64,000 nt of DNA from an uncultured Methanomicrobiales archaeon (GTDB taxonomy: Archaea > Halobacteriota > Methanomicrobia > Methanomicrobiales > Methanospirillaceae), in assembly GCA_963697895.1 (NCBI GenBank), contig OY969100.1:1600001-1664000 (forward strand), read 5' to 3'. The notes below the pieces were generated by a model. It was not told where the DNA came from. It searched no databases and saw nothing but the letters and a program-made list of their open reading frames with translations. Below are positions 1-10,059 of the stretch, piece by piece (position 1 is the stretch's first letter; every line of letters begins with the position of its first letter). The translations under genes were made by a program, and so were the position numbers.

Positions 1-612
1 ATGTACTCCCGGTATTTTGGTATCCCCGGCCAGGAGGCAGGGGCACGAATCGAAGAGCTCCTCGATTTCGTTCAACTGCAGGAGAAACGGGACGTCCTCA
101 TCGACAAGCTTTCGGGCGGGATGAAGAGACGCCTTATCCTTGCCCGGTCGCTGATCAACAATCCCCGGCTCCTGATCCTTGACGAACCGACGATTGGTCT
201 CGATCCTCAGGCGCGGCACATGATATGGGAGAAACTGAAAGTCCTGCAATCGCAGGGGAATACCATCGTGCTTACCACTCATTACATGGAAGAAGCTGCA
301 CGACTGTGCGATCGGCTGGTCATCATGGATTCAGGCCGGATCCTCATCGAAGGTCCACCGGATCGCCTTGTCCGGGACCATGTCGGGGGTTTCATCATTG
401 AGACCGAGGAGACCCCGGATGTGCTGGAATGCCTGAACCGGATGGGCGCATCATTTGAGATAACCAATGAATCCGTGCAGATCGTCACCGACGATCCGAG
501 GGGGCTTACCAGAAGTCTCATCGAGTCCTGCAATCCCGGAAAGATGATTACACGGGCAGCGACGTTGGAAGACGTATTTCTGAAACTCACCGGGAGGGCA
601 CTCAAAGAATGA
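1..612 (+). CDS. ABC transporter ATP-binding protein (NodI/DrrA-like), 5'-truncated by window edge
   Basis: LSGGMKRRL signature, LLILDEPT Walker B, TTH H-loop; Walker A lies upstream of the window. Confidence 0.9.
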   Translation: MYSRYFGIPGQEAGARIEELLDFVQLQEKRDVLIDKLSGGMKRRLILARSLINNPRLLILDEPTIGLDPQARHMIWEKLKVLQSQGNTIVLTTHYMEEAARLCDRLVIMDSGRILIEGPPDRLVRDHVGGFIIETEETPDVLECLNRMGASFEITNESVQIVTDDPRGLTRSLIESCNPGKMITRAATLEDVFLKLTGRALKE

Positions 613-1400
613 CCAGTGAATCCCGTGTTCACCTGACGGGGATATCCCGGAGAGCATGGATCGTATGGTACCGGAACTGGAAGGTGTTTTTCCGGACCTA
701 CATGGTCAATTTTCTGCCACCCCTGATAGAGCCGATCATTTACCTGCTTGCTTTTGGTTTCGGCGTAGGCTCCTATATCCAGGAGGTTGACGGAGTGTCT
801 TACGTCCGGTTTATCGCTCCTGCTCTTGTGGCCATTTCCGTTATGTATTCGGCTTTTTTCGAATGCACATACGGAAGTTACGTACGTATGTATTACCAGA
901 AGACCTTCGACGCGATAATCGCCACGCCCATTAATTTGGAGGAGGTGATCGCAGGCGAACTCCTCTGGGGAGCGACACGGAGTTTCATCTATGGGGCAAT
1001 TATGCTCCTGGTCCTGATCGGTTTCGGGGTTGTGGAACTTCCCGATTCGTTGTTGATCATTCCGTTTTCGTTCCTTGCAGGACTGCTCTTTGCAGCGCTC
1101 GGTATGTGTTTTACTGCGATCACCCCCGGCATTGACGCCCTGAATTATCCATCATTCCTCTTTATCACGCCGATGTTCCTGTTGAGTGGAACATTCTTTC
1201 CCCTCAACCTCCTGCCACCCGCCCTTCAGATCCTCGCGTATGCCATACTCCCGCTTACCCACGTGGTAAATGTGATGCGTTCATTGACCCTATCGATGTA
1301 TTCGCCCCTTGTCTGGTTCAGTCTTGTATGGATCCTGGTCGCGACGGGGATATTTTCCTATATATCCATTTATCTTATGAAAAAAAGGTTGATCGTGTAG
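609..1400 (+). CDS. ABC-2 type permease (NodJ-like)
   Basis: About six hydrophobic segments, LSGTFFP...LPLTH motif, ATGA overlap with the ATPase gene. Confidence 0.88.
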   Translation: MTSESRVHLTGISRRAWIVWYRNWKVFFRTYMVNFLPPLIEPIIYLLAFGFGVGSYIQEVDGVSYVRFIAPALVAISVMYSAFFECTYGSYVRMYYQKTFDAIIATPINLEEVIAGELLWGATRSFIYGAIMLLVLIGFGVVELPDSLLIIPFSFLAGLLFAALGMCFTAITPGIDALNYPSFLFITPMFLLSGTFFPLNLLPPALQILAYAILPLTHVVNVMRSLTLSMYSPLVWFSLVWILVATGIFSYISIYLMKKRLIV

Positions 1401-1401
1401 G

Positions 1402-1858
1402 TCAGGGCAGGATAAGTCGCATGATACAGCGCGGCTCGTCCTGCCCGAAATAACCATCCAGATTGTCGATTATATGGAATCCATGCTTCTCATAGAGCCT
1501 GATCGCGGGGGTATTTTCAGGAGAAACAGAGAGATAAATACCTTTCACGTGTTGTACCCGGAATATCCCGATTAGATCCATAAGGAGGCGCTCTCCAACC
1601 TTCATTCTCCGGCACGTCTCCCGGACGCCGAGACGGAGAATCCAGGCGTTGACAGGTTTGTCCTGCTCGTGCGCCCCTATCACGAATCCGATTATATCTT
1701 CTCCTCGTTCAGCGACGAGGAACGTTTGCGGGAAGAGGACAGACTGCCTGCCGGATGAATACATGCCCATGGTAACCTCCCGCGACCCGCATTCCGTTCA
1801 ATGAACAGACACTATCATAATCCCCTTCCTTGAAACGCCGCGTCGTTACATCCATCAT
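1402..1858 (-). pseudogene. GNAT/RimI-like acetyltransferase with one extra base near 1744 (real frameshift or sequencing error)
   Basis: GGGAG + ATG at 1858 reads MMDVTTRRFKEGDYDSV...VFIRQA, continues in +1 frame as SVLFPQTFLVAE...NTPAIRLYEKHGF...YF; span 457 nt = 3n+1. Confidence 0.75.
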
Positions 1859-2051
1859 CAGCTCCCTGGTTAACCCGGTATTTAGGTCTGGGCAAAGGCG
1901 GTTAGCGAAATCTCCAAAGACTGTTCAAGCAACCCTAGCATCCGGATCCTGAAGGTTACCGAAACCAGCATGGATGGATCGTACACTATCAGGGAAAGAG
2001 CCGGGACAGTTATGACCAGCTTATCACCTGTCTCACCAGAGGTAGGGCAGA

Positions 2052-2474
2052 TCAGATCGTCGGACCCTCTTTTCCTATGATTCGGGCAATGTCTGCCATC
2101 TCCCGCGCGAGAAGCCGTATAATGTCATCTATCGTCAACACGGCGATTAGTTTGCCTTTTTCGTCGATGACGGGCATTCTCCGGACCCCGGCCGCTTTCA
2201 TCTGCTGGATAGCTTCGAAAATACCTGCATTTCCGCGAACGGTTATCACGTCACGGGTCATATACGATTCGATACTGAGCCGATCCGTATCTTCGGCGGA
2301 TCCAGCATGTCTGATAACAATGTCGCGGTCCGTAACAATTCCTACCGGGCGATCCTTTTCCGTTACCACTACGCACCCGATGTTCTTCTCTTTCATCAGG
2401 CGGGTAACAAAGGTCACCGTAGTATCGGGTGTGACACTTACCACATTTCTCTGACAACAATCGTAGACAGTCAT
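2052..2474 (-). CDS. CBS domain pair protein
   Basis: Tandem CBS repeats (IGCVVV...GIVTDRDIV; VRRMPV...LTIDDI). Confidence 0.88.
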   Translation of the reverse strand: MTVYDCCQRNVVSVTPDTTVTFVTRLMKEKNIGCVVVTEKDRPVGIVTDRDIVIRHAGSAEDTDRLSIESYMTRDVITVRGNAGIFEAIQQMKAAGVRRMPVIDEKGKLIAVLTIDDIIRLLAREMADIARIIGKEGPTI

Positions 2475-2678
2475 AAGAATCAATTGCCAATGGTGTGCGA
2501 TTTCTGCTGATTTATAAGTATAGATCCATTCATAGGGACCTTACTCCAAATTGAGCGGGAAGGTTTCCCATTGGTGCGGATAACAAACCATACGGAGATT
2601 TTCCCTCAGTTGAGGGTTCATTCACAATGAATTCGCCTCCGGATACACGGGGAATGGAATTTTCATTCTGATGGCCGA

Positions 2679-3344
2679 TTACAACCAGCCCATCTCTGTC
2701 CAGTACGCGTATTCGTGCATCCAGATATCCTTATTATAGGTGACCAGAGATTTCATCCTCTCCCGTATCACCCGGTGCTCTATCTCCTGGTCGGGATATT
2801 TCTTCTGTTCACGAATTGCCGAAACCATAGTATTACCGAGTTCACGTGCATCTGTTTCTGCCACGATGAATGCTGAGGGATCGGAGCTGAGAATTACTCC
2901 CACACCTCCCACCGTCGTCGCCCCGAGGATACGCATCACGCTGTTCAGGTACGCCACAACTTCATCCGCATGAGAACCTCCGGCTGTCGAGACCGCACAG
3001 GCATATTTTCCCGTAAACTGCTGGCAATGAATTGCATCTGCCATCCTGTCGAGGACCGTTTTGAGCTGGGCAGTCACCGAATTGATATATACGGGTGACC
3101 CGATCACGATTCCATCACTCTCAAGCATTTTCTGAAACAGTCCGCCGAATTCGTCCGCATGTATACATCCACCGGTTGTATAACAGACCCCGCATCCGAT
3201 GCAGTACTGGATATCCAGAAAACAGATATCCACAAATTCCGTCTCAGCTCCCGCCTGCTCCGCTCCGGCCAGCACAGCGTTCACCAGGCGCAGCGTCTGG
3301 CTCAGGGAGCTCCGGGGGCTCCCGCTTATACCGATGATCTTCAT
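2679..3344 (-). CDS. Iron-sulfur flavoprotein (Isf)/flavodoxin-like FMN reductase
   Basis: ISGSPR start, CIGCGVCYTTGGC (CxxCxxCx5C), GSPVY. Confidence 0.87.
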   Translation of the reverse strand: MKIIGISGSPRSSLSQTLRLVNAVLAGAEQAGAETEFVDICFLDIQYCIGCGVCYTTGGCIHADEFGGLFQKMLESDGIVIGSPVYINSVTAQLKTVLDRMADAIHCQQFTGKYACAVSTAGGSHADEVVAYLNSVMRILGATTVGGVGVILSSDPSAFIVAETDARELGNTMVSAIREQKKYPDQEIEHRVIRERMKSLVTYNKDIWMHEYAYWTEMGWL

Positions 3345-3583
3345 CTTCTCTCCGGAAGTCACAATGCCCTACACCCTTATTAATACTGGAGGTATCCAGT
3401 CCTGGATATGAACATCCGATTATTACGGTAGTCTGCCGATTCAATCGAGAACTTTGATCTGTTCTGGAAAGATTAACCAGCTCAGAAGGGTTCCCCTGTT
3501 CTCTCTTAACGTATCCGCTTCCGGATTCTTTTTGTCTCCCGGCAACCTATACCACGAGGTCATTTCAGGTGGCTGGAGCTGGT

Positions 3584-3880
3584 ATGGAAACCTGGTTTCT
3601 TGTCGGTGTAATTGCTGCGATTCTGACGACGTTTGGATTTGTACCGCAGATCGTAAAAATGTATGAAACAAAGTCCGCTCGCGATGTAAGCCTTATCACC
3701 CTGGTCCAATACTCCGCCGGTGTTACCTTATGGGCTCTCTATGGAAGATTCATCGGCGATCCAATCCTCATCGCAGCCAATATCATCTCGCTCGGGATCC
3801 TGATCGTCGCTATCGGACTCTATCTTATTTATCAGCGGAACAGGGCAGATACAACAAAATTCTGCCCACCCAACCTGTAA
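3584..3880 (+). CDS. SemiSWEET/PQ-loop transporter
   Basis: Three TM helices, FVPQ motif, TKSARDVS, LWALYG...ANI. Confidence 0.85.
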   Translation: METWFLVGVIAAILTTFGFVPQIVKMYETKSARDVSLITLVQYSAGVTLWALYGRFIGDPILIAANIISLGILIVAIGLYLIYQRNRADTTKFCPPNL

Positions 3881-4238
3881 ATCGGGAACAATGCCGATCC
3901 ATATTTTTCTCCCACGAGAAAACGAACAGAACCTGTGAGTTACGATCTCCGGTCTCTTTTCTGCAATATTCGTTTTATCCGCCGGGAAGGTCCTCTGAGG
4001 AATGTGTTGTATTTTAATAGGGGTTTACTCCCGGAAATTTCTCCGTATTCTTTTGGCGAAACATAATTGTTTGATGATCCGGAAGAATGGGAAAAACGTA
4101 CCATTAAAAAAAACCGGGTCTCTGTCACTTTTACGATATACAGGATCCTGATTCGATTTCCGGGCGAAAATTTGAAGAAACATATATTAAGCACTGGACC
4201 AATACTGCAATATAAAAACTTTATTGAGGAGAAATGCT

Positions 4239-4787
4239 ATGGCAGAAACGATGACAGCGCAAGGCGCTCAAATGGGACAGCAGCCATGGATTCCATGGTG
4301 GCTGGTTCTTATCCAGGGTATTATCCTGCTTATTCTCGGGGGATATCTTCTAGCGTATCCACTCCAGACCCTGTTTGTTCTCTTGATCTTCCTGGGAGCC
4401 TACTTCTTTGTAGGCGGTATTTTCGCGATTATCAGTGCTGCGGTTACAAAACATGACGTGGGATGGAAGATCCTGCTGGGTATCCTCGGTATCATCTTCG
4501 GTCTCCTGATCCTTACCTACCCGTATTACAGTACGCTACTCATCCTTCCCCTGCTCGCCATCCTGATCGGGGTATGGGCGCTTATCATGGGGTTCATCTG
4601 GTTGTTCAGAGGATTCGGAATGAAAGACTGGGGTTCCGCAATCCTCGGTATCATCGGGATCATCTTCGGGATCATCGTTCTTGCGAACCCCCTGGTCACC
4701 GCTGTCATTCTTCCCTATGTAATCGGCGCTTTCGCAATCATCGGCGGTATCGCGGCGATCATCATTTCATTCACCCTTCGGAAATAA
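4239..4787 (+). CDS. HdeD/DUF308 family membrane protein
   Basis: WWLVLIQGII start, repeated GILGIIFG TM hairpins. Confidence 0.8.
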   Translation: MAETMTAQGAQMGQQPWIPWWLVLIQGIILLILGGYLLAYPLQTLFVLLIFLGAYFFVGGIFAIISAAVTKHDVGWKILLGILGIIFGLLILTYPYYSTLLILPLLAILIGVWALIMGFIWLFRGFGMKDWGSAILGIIGIIFGIIVLANPLVTAVILPYVIGAFAIIGGIAAIIISFTLRK

Positions 4788-4911
4788 TCCCCCATTTATT
4801 TTCTTTGTTTTAAATCCGGTTATATCAGGATTTAATTGATTACTTGAGGTTTTATGCCCCGGGAATGTACCACTCTTTCAGGTATGATCATTCACGGTGA
4901 TCTAAATAGCA

Positions 4912-5601
4912 ATGGAACGATATATATCAGAAGATATGATACCCGAAGTGGCGGGGTTGCTCTCCACCATCGATCAGAATCTGGTTCCGGCGACGCAGGA
5001 GATGGGTGCCTGGATTTACGTCTTCCTATTTTGTGTCATCCTGATCGAAACGGCCGTAATTGTCGTTATTCTTCCGGGCAACTCGCTGCTCTTCGTTTCA
5101 GGGACAGCTGCGGCCACCGGACTGTTAATTTTTCCCTGGCTGTTGATCGTGTTCATCCTCGCGTCCTTCATAGGATACGTCCTCAATTTCCAGTTGGGGA
5201 GATATCTCGGCCTGAATGTCTTTAAAAAACGGTTTCCGGGGCTTTTCAGGGACGAATACATAGCTGAAACAAATCGGTACTTCGAGAACTATGGCGGCAT
5301 GACCATTATCGTTGCACCATTTATACCCATCGTGAGAAAATTTGCACCTTTTATTGCCGGGATCGGTCGTATGGACTATAATAGGTTCATCATCTTCGAT
5401 CTGATGGGTGCCATATGCTGGGCTGGAACCGGCCTCGTCCTCGGGTATCTCCTGGGGGGAGTGCCATGGATCAGGGAGATGATACCCCTCGTTCTCGCCA
5501 TCGTAGTCGTGATCACGATCATCTCGATTATCCTGACGATCATTTTCCTCATTCGTGGAAGAAGGATCTCTCAACCGGGGAACGAAGCAGATTTGCACTA
5601 A
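4912..5601 (+). CDS. DedA/VTT family membrane protein (divergent)
   Basis: IET..LPGNSLLF..G, YGG.TII..FIPIVRKFAPFIAG motifs. Confidence 0.82.
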   Translation: MERYISEDMIPEVAGLLSTIDQNLVPATQEMGAWIYVFLFCVILIETAVIVVILPGNSLLFVSGTAAATGLLIFPWLLIVFILASFIGYVLNFQLGRYLGLNVFKKRFPGLFRDEYIAETNRYFENYGGMTIIVAPFIPIVRKFAPFIAGIGRMDYNRFIIFDLMGAICWAGTGLVLGYLLGGVPWIREMIPLVLAIVVVITIISIILTIIFLIRGRRISQPGNEADLH

Positions 5602-5847
5602 GACGCTCATGGTACCATCACATCACGGGGAGGAACACCTGTGGTGGTCAGAGCGGGCTCAGACCCATATATACCTGAAATTATGGGTGATCCGCAATAA
5701 AATTCTTCTTACAAAGATCATCGGGATTCCTCATGTTGTCACCATTTCTCGCAAATGAGATCTCTCTTGTCAAAAAAATATAGTTCCTGCCACCCGATGG
5801 GAAAACCAATGTTTTTACTTTGTACTCTCCTATAGACTAGTGAGAGA

Positions 5848-6063
5848 ATGAAATCCTTGAAGATCATTATAGAGCGACATCCCGATGGATACGTCGCCTA
5901 TCCTCTCGGGCTCCGGGGCGTGGTGCTCGGACAGGGGAGCAGCTACGAGGAAGCCTGTGAAGATGTAAAATCTGCCATTCAATTTTATCATGAAACCTTT
6001 GGCGACGATGCATTTGATAATGATGATGTCCTTGAAGTGTTTACCACGGAGGTAACACCTTAA
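5848..6063 (+). CDS. Short HicB-like antitoxin
   Basis: IIERHPDGYVAY.LGL.GVV.QGSSYEEA..VKSAI HicB fold; no DNA-binding domain. Confidence 0.75.
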   Translation: MKSLKIIIERHPDGYVAYPLGLRGVVLGQGSSYEEACEDVKSAIQFYHETFGDDAFDNDDVLEVFTTEVTP

Positions 6064-6303
6064 ATGGATTTCCCTGCCGAAGCGCCGATGGATCGCGTGA
6101 TATCAACCCTTGAAAATCTTCGGTTTCAGGTGGTAAAATCCGGATCGTACCTTTCGCTCCAGAGAATAAAGACCGATGGTACACGGAATCTGATTACTAT
6201 TCCGAACAGGCATTCTCTCAGTGGTTCAACACTCCGGGTTCTCTGTTCGCAAACGGGTGTTCCTATCAAGGTGTTTCTGGAACTTTACCGGTTCTCCGGA
6301 TAA
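6064..6303 (+). CDS. HicA-like toxin (degenerate)
   Basis: LENLRFQVVKSGSY...ITIPN...GSTLRVLCSQTG HicA pattern; starts directly after the hicB stop. Confidence 0.7.
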   Translation: MDFPAEAPMDRVISTLENLRFQVVKSGSYLSLQRIKTDGTRNLITIPNRHSLSGSTLRVLCSQTGVPIKVFLELYRFSG

Positions 6304-6596
6304 AAAACCGGTCAAATCCATCTGTTTAGAGTCAGGGTTTTTTTAATTAGTATCATCACCACAATTATATTCAGATATACCCATGAAAGACAGGAGAGAG
6401 CATCCAATTCAAATATGAGATGTCAGTTGGTACAAGTATATTTCGGTCCTCCAAAAATGCCCGTTTTTACCGCCGGTTAGCCAAAATGGTATCAGAAACT
6501 CTGGATACTGTTCTTCTCCATTGTTGGGGGATGGACGTAATTTTTTATCAAGTGGGGGTAATTATTTATATACTTTCTCATCGATATCCTGCTTAT

Positions 6597-7235
6597 ATGA
6601 TGGAATCATTTATGGATGAATTAAAGGGATTCCTTATGAAGCCGGGCGAGGCTTTCAAACAGACGAAAGGAAAAACCCTTGGTGCTGCGTTCCAGTACTA
6701 CGTCGTTCTCCTGATCATATTCGGCATCCTCTTCACAATCGTCGCGGTATCATTAGGAATTGCTCAATTCAGTGCTGTCGTGAACCAGCTTGCGACCATC
6801 CCATGGATAGGCGGAGTTCTTTCCGGCGGGCTCGCACATTTCAGCGCGTTTGTCGTCGCCTGGGAGCTCTTCGCTTCATTTGCGCTCTTCCTTATGCTCT
6901 TATTCGGGATCTTCCTGCAAGGACTTTGGTATCATGTTTTTGTGCTCCTCTTTGGCGGGGAAAAAGGCGTGGTCCAGACGTTGAAAACGACCATGTATGC
7001 GGCAACACCCGCCCTGCTACTCGGCTGGATCCCGTATATCTGGATAATTGGTTTAATATGGGCTTTGGTTCTCTTCATCATCGGGATTGCCGAGAACCAG
7101 GAGATCTCGGTCGGAAAGGCAGTCGCAGTTATTATCGTTCCGATCATCCTCTGGTTGATCCTGATAGGCCTGGGAGCCGCGGTAATTATCTCCTTCATCG
7201 GCGCAATTGGCGGTCTCATCCCAAGGCCGTTCTGA
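6597..7235 (+). CDS. YIP1 family membrane protein
   Basis: FLMKPGEAF, LFGGEKG...T.K..MYAATP.LL.WIP, KAVA; start placed at the MM codons. Confidence 0.78.
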   Translation: MMESFMDELKGFLMKPGEAFKQTKGKTLGAAFQYYVVLLIIFGILFTIVAVSLGIAQFSAVVNQLATIPWIGGVLSGGLAHFSAFVVAWELFASFALFLMLLFGIFLQGLWYHVFVLLFGGEKGVVQTLKTTMYAATPALLLGWIPYIWIIGLIWALVLFIIGIAENQEISVGKAVAVIIVPIILWLILIGLGAAVIISFIGAIGGLIPRPF

Positions 7236-7371
7236 TGGGGCGGAAATATCGCTCTATCTTCTTTTCTGGACCGGATAAATCTCCTGGATTCATCCTGGGT
7301 CTTTTACACGGCTTTATGTTTTTAGAAAGAGAGCATAAAAAGATTCCATATTTCTCTCATTCACGGGTATA

Positions 7372-8490
7372 CTACCAGGGATGCATAATTGTATCTTCCA
7401 TGTGGCCTTTCAACATTTCGAGGGTATCCCGATCGAGTATCAGGGTAAGGTTTGGCTGAATGAAGAATATGGGGAAATTGCCCCGGATGCTTGTCCAGTG
7501 TATGGAATACATTCGGGCTTCGATGAGTGAGGTTGCGATCTCCCGCAAGATCGGGCAATGGGAGCCTGAAGAGACATCTGTTTCCTCTCGATGACCTCCT
7601 GCCCCCTTCAGCGGGGGAAGAATTTCTTCCTTTACGTATCTGATAACGGAACTATTGATACTCCTCATAAGACGACGGCTAAATATCCCGTGCAGGAATC
7701 TAACGATGACAAACTGGATCAGAAAAATGAGAATAAGTTCGAGAATACCGGTGAGGAATGTTACTCTTTCCTCACGGATCACCTCCCAGACGGTAATTCC
7801 CGGGAACAACAGTGTTGACAGGACGAATCCCGAGAGAAACAGCCCAATGATGCCGAATGATATTACAAGGAGAAAAATCACGGACCGTCCTCTGTGGATC
7901 TTTATCCGCATCCTTTGGACCATTTCCATAAATGCGTGGCTGTAGGGTTTTAAAAAATAAATTGACAGATAATAAATGATGATCACCGCAGACTGGGTCA
8001 TAATGATCAGGATTATGCGTACCGGATGCATCTCGAGCAGATACAGAAGGAATGCCATAACGATATCGCTGACGCACAGGAGGGTTATAGGGATCGCGAG
8101 TGGCCGGCTGTTTATAAAAAACGCATTCAACAGGACGTAAAGGAATGTATCGCGATGTTCAACCACTCCGACACCCTTCAGGGTTTTCATGTAGCCATTT
8201 GATGCCCCCCGGGCCTGGTCTCTCTTGATACTGGCGAGTGCCGGGATGAGAAACGTCAGGGGATAGAGTATGATAATAAACAGTGTGGATGCCACCCAGA
8301 GCACCATGTAATCCTCTAATACAAATGCACAGAGGATCGTCCCTGTCAGAGCAAAAATGAATATTACTTTGTCGATCGGTCCCGGTCCCGCTTTCGAGAT
8401 CTGTTCCCGCCAAGAAAGTTCCTGTTTCAGTACATCTTCCGCGAATTCTTGCAGGAACTGTTCCGGGTTTGCCTCATTGCAGACATCCAT
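7372..8490 (-). CDS. Hypothetical polytopic membrane protein
   Basis: 372-aa ORF with about 6 hydrophobic segments; no family recognised. Confidence 0.7.
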   Translation of the reverse strand: MDVCNEANPEQFLQEFAEDVLKQELSWREQISKAGPGPIDKVIFIFALTGTILCAFVLEDYMVLWVASTLFIIILYPLTFLIPALASIKRDQARGASNGYMKTLKGVGVVEHRDTFLYVLLNAFFINSRPLAIPITLLCVSDIVMAFLLYLLEMHPVRIILIIMTQSAVIIIYYLSIYFLKPYSHAFMEMVQRMRIKIHRGRSVIFLLVISFGIIGLFLSGFVLSTLLFPGITVWEVIREERVTFLTGILELILIFLIQFVIVRFLHGIFSRRLMRSINSSVIRYVKEEILPPLKGAGGHREETDVSSGSHCPILREIATSLIEARMYSIHWTSIRGNFPIFFIQPNLTLILDRDTLEMLKGHMEDTIMHPW

Positions 8491-8694
8491 GTTGTCACAC
8501 CACGAGTAAGAGAATTTGGGGGGGTCACGACATAATGAATTGTTTCAAATCTTTTATACCCACATGATAAGGAACAATTATATCGTTTCAATAATGTGCA
8601 TCATATGCATTTTACTTGCAATAAGCCGATCGAAAAGTTCCGGAGGTATCAGATTCGATAGAATAATATACCATTCAAAGGGTGATCCGATCTT

Positions 8695-8889
8695 ATGTGC
8701 GCTCATGCTTTCGTGCTCCCCCGCTATCGTTGCCGGATTTGTGGCTATATATACGATCCGGATCGTGGGGATGCCAGTCAGGGTATTTCTCCCGGAGTTG
8801 CCTTCGATAAGTTGCCAGGAAATTTCCGTTGTCCCAAATGCGGAGCTTATGCGACGGCCGGGGGGAGAAAGCCATTTGAAAAATGTTGA
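8695..8889 (+). CDS. Rubredoxin
   Basis: [26 protein letters not shown]. Confidence 0.9.
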   Translation: MCAHAFVLPRYRCRICGYIYDPDRGDASQGISPGVAFDKLPGNFRCPKCGAYATAGGRKPFEKC

Positions 8890-9006
8890 AATGAACGTCA
8901 CTCTTCTGATGTTTGATTGGTTCAACCGATTCCCAAAGGTTTTTGAAAATGAGATGTCGTATATTTGTTCCTGAATGTAAATTTTATATATATTAAAAGA
9001 AGAGAT

Positions 9007-9306
9007 ATGAGTTCTATGGCTGAATATACCGCTTACCAAAAAAATTTGAGAATTGCAGGTGCGGTAATCCTGGGCATTTTCGTGGGCTTCTTTCTCTTTT
9101 TAATCGTAGCCTTGGTGATCGGGGCCGTCAATGACAGCCTGGGTACGAATATACCGATCGATATGCTTTTCGCTGAAAATATCTGGAGTGCAATACTGCT
9201 CATTGCCATCATCGGATTCTGCATCGGGGTATTTTGCTGGAGGGTACTGGCCTCCCAGCCGACACCGACTGAATTCGAAATTCCGGAAACAATCGATAAA
9301 TTTTAA
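9007..9306 (+). CDS. Small two-TM hypothetical protein
   Basis: Two hydrophobic helices; TATA-like TTTATATA upstream. Confidence 0.6.
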   Translation: MSSMAEYTAYQKNLRIAGAVILGIFVGFFLFLIVALVIGAVNDSLGTNIPIDMLFAENIWSAILLIAIIGFCIGVFCWRVLASQPTPTEFEIPETIDKF

Positions 9307-10059
9307 TCGGTCTCTCAATTTTTATATTCGTACCATCCTAATTTTTTATGGCGGATGAACATTTGGTTACATGGAGGGTTCGATGAGGCAACCCGAATAA
9401 CTGACCCACCCCCTGATTTTACCCAGAGATCACGGTTTTTCCTCCGAGGACACTTTTTACATAAAATATATTTCCCTATCCCTCTAAACAAACACTCGTT
9501 TTTGGATGCTTCCCTATAAGCTGTGGAATATTTAGATTCGCGGTTTTGATGACCAATCAGGGATATTAAGGTCAACTCAAATGTTGCAGACGTTTTCCTG
9601 AGCCATAATAACATCTATTTGGGCGTATTTTCACTAAATCGGCAGGTGACCATTTCCCTTGAGGGTAAATCGTGAACACGCCTCCCAAATAATTTGATAT
9701 AACGAGCTATTTTATAAAAAGAAGGGTTTTTAGACGATTAAAAAGGTGCTTTTTATTGCCTCATCGGCACGGGGGTAAATTCCGAGGTATTACGGACCAT
9801 CGGAAGGAAGATCTGCTCTCTAGAATGCAGGATTCGCCGTGTTTTTTAGGCCTTTCCGGAAATTGCAGCGACTGCTTAGATGCGACAGAGCATGATTCGA
9901 AGTAAGATTTGTCGATTGTCTCCGGTTACCTTGTCATAAACGGGGTTCTTGGCCAAACAATTTCTGCAATAGTCGAACAACCCCGCTCCATTCGGAGGAA
10001 GAATTCCCCCAACCATGAATAGAATACCGAGACCCGGGGCTTGCTGTGAGAATAATTGC

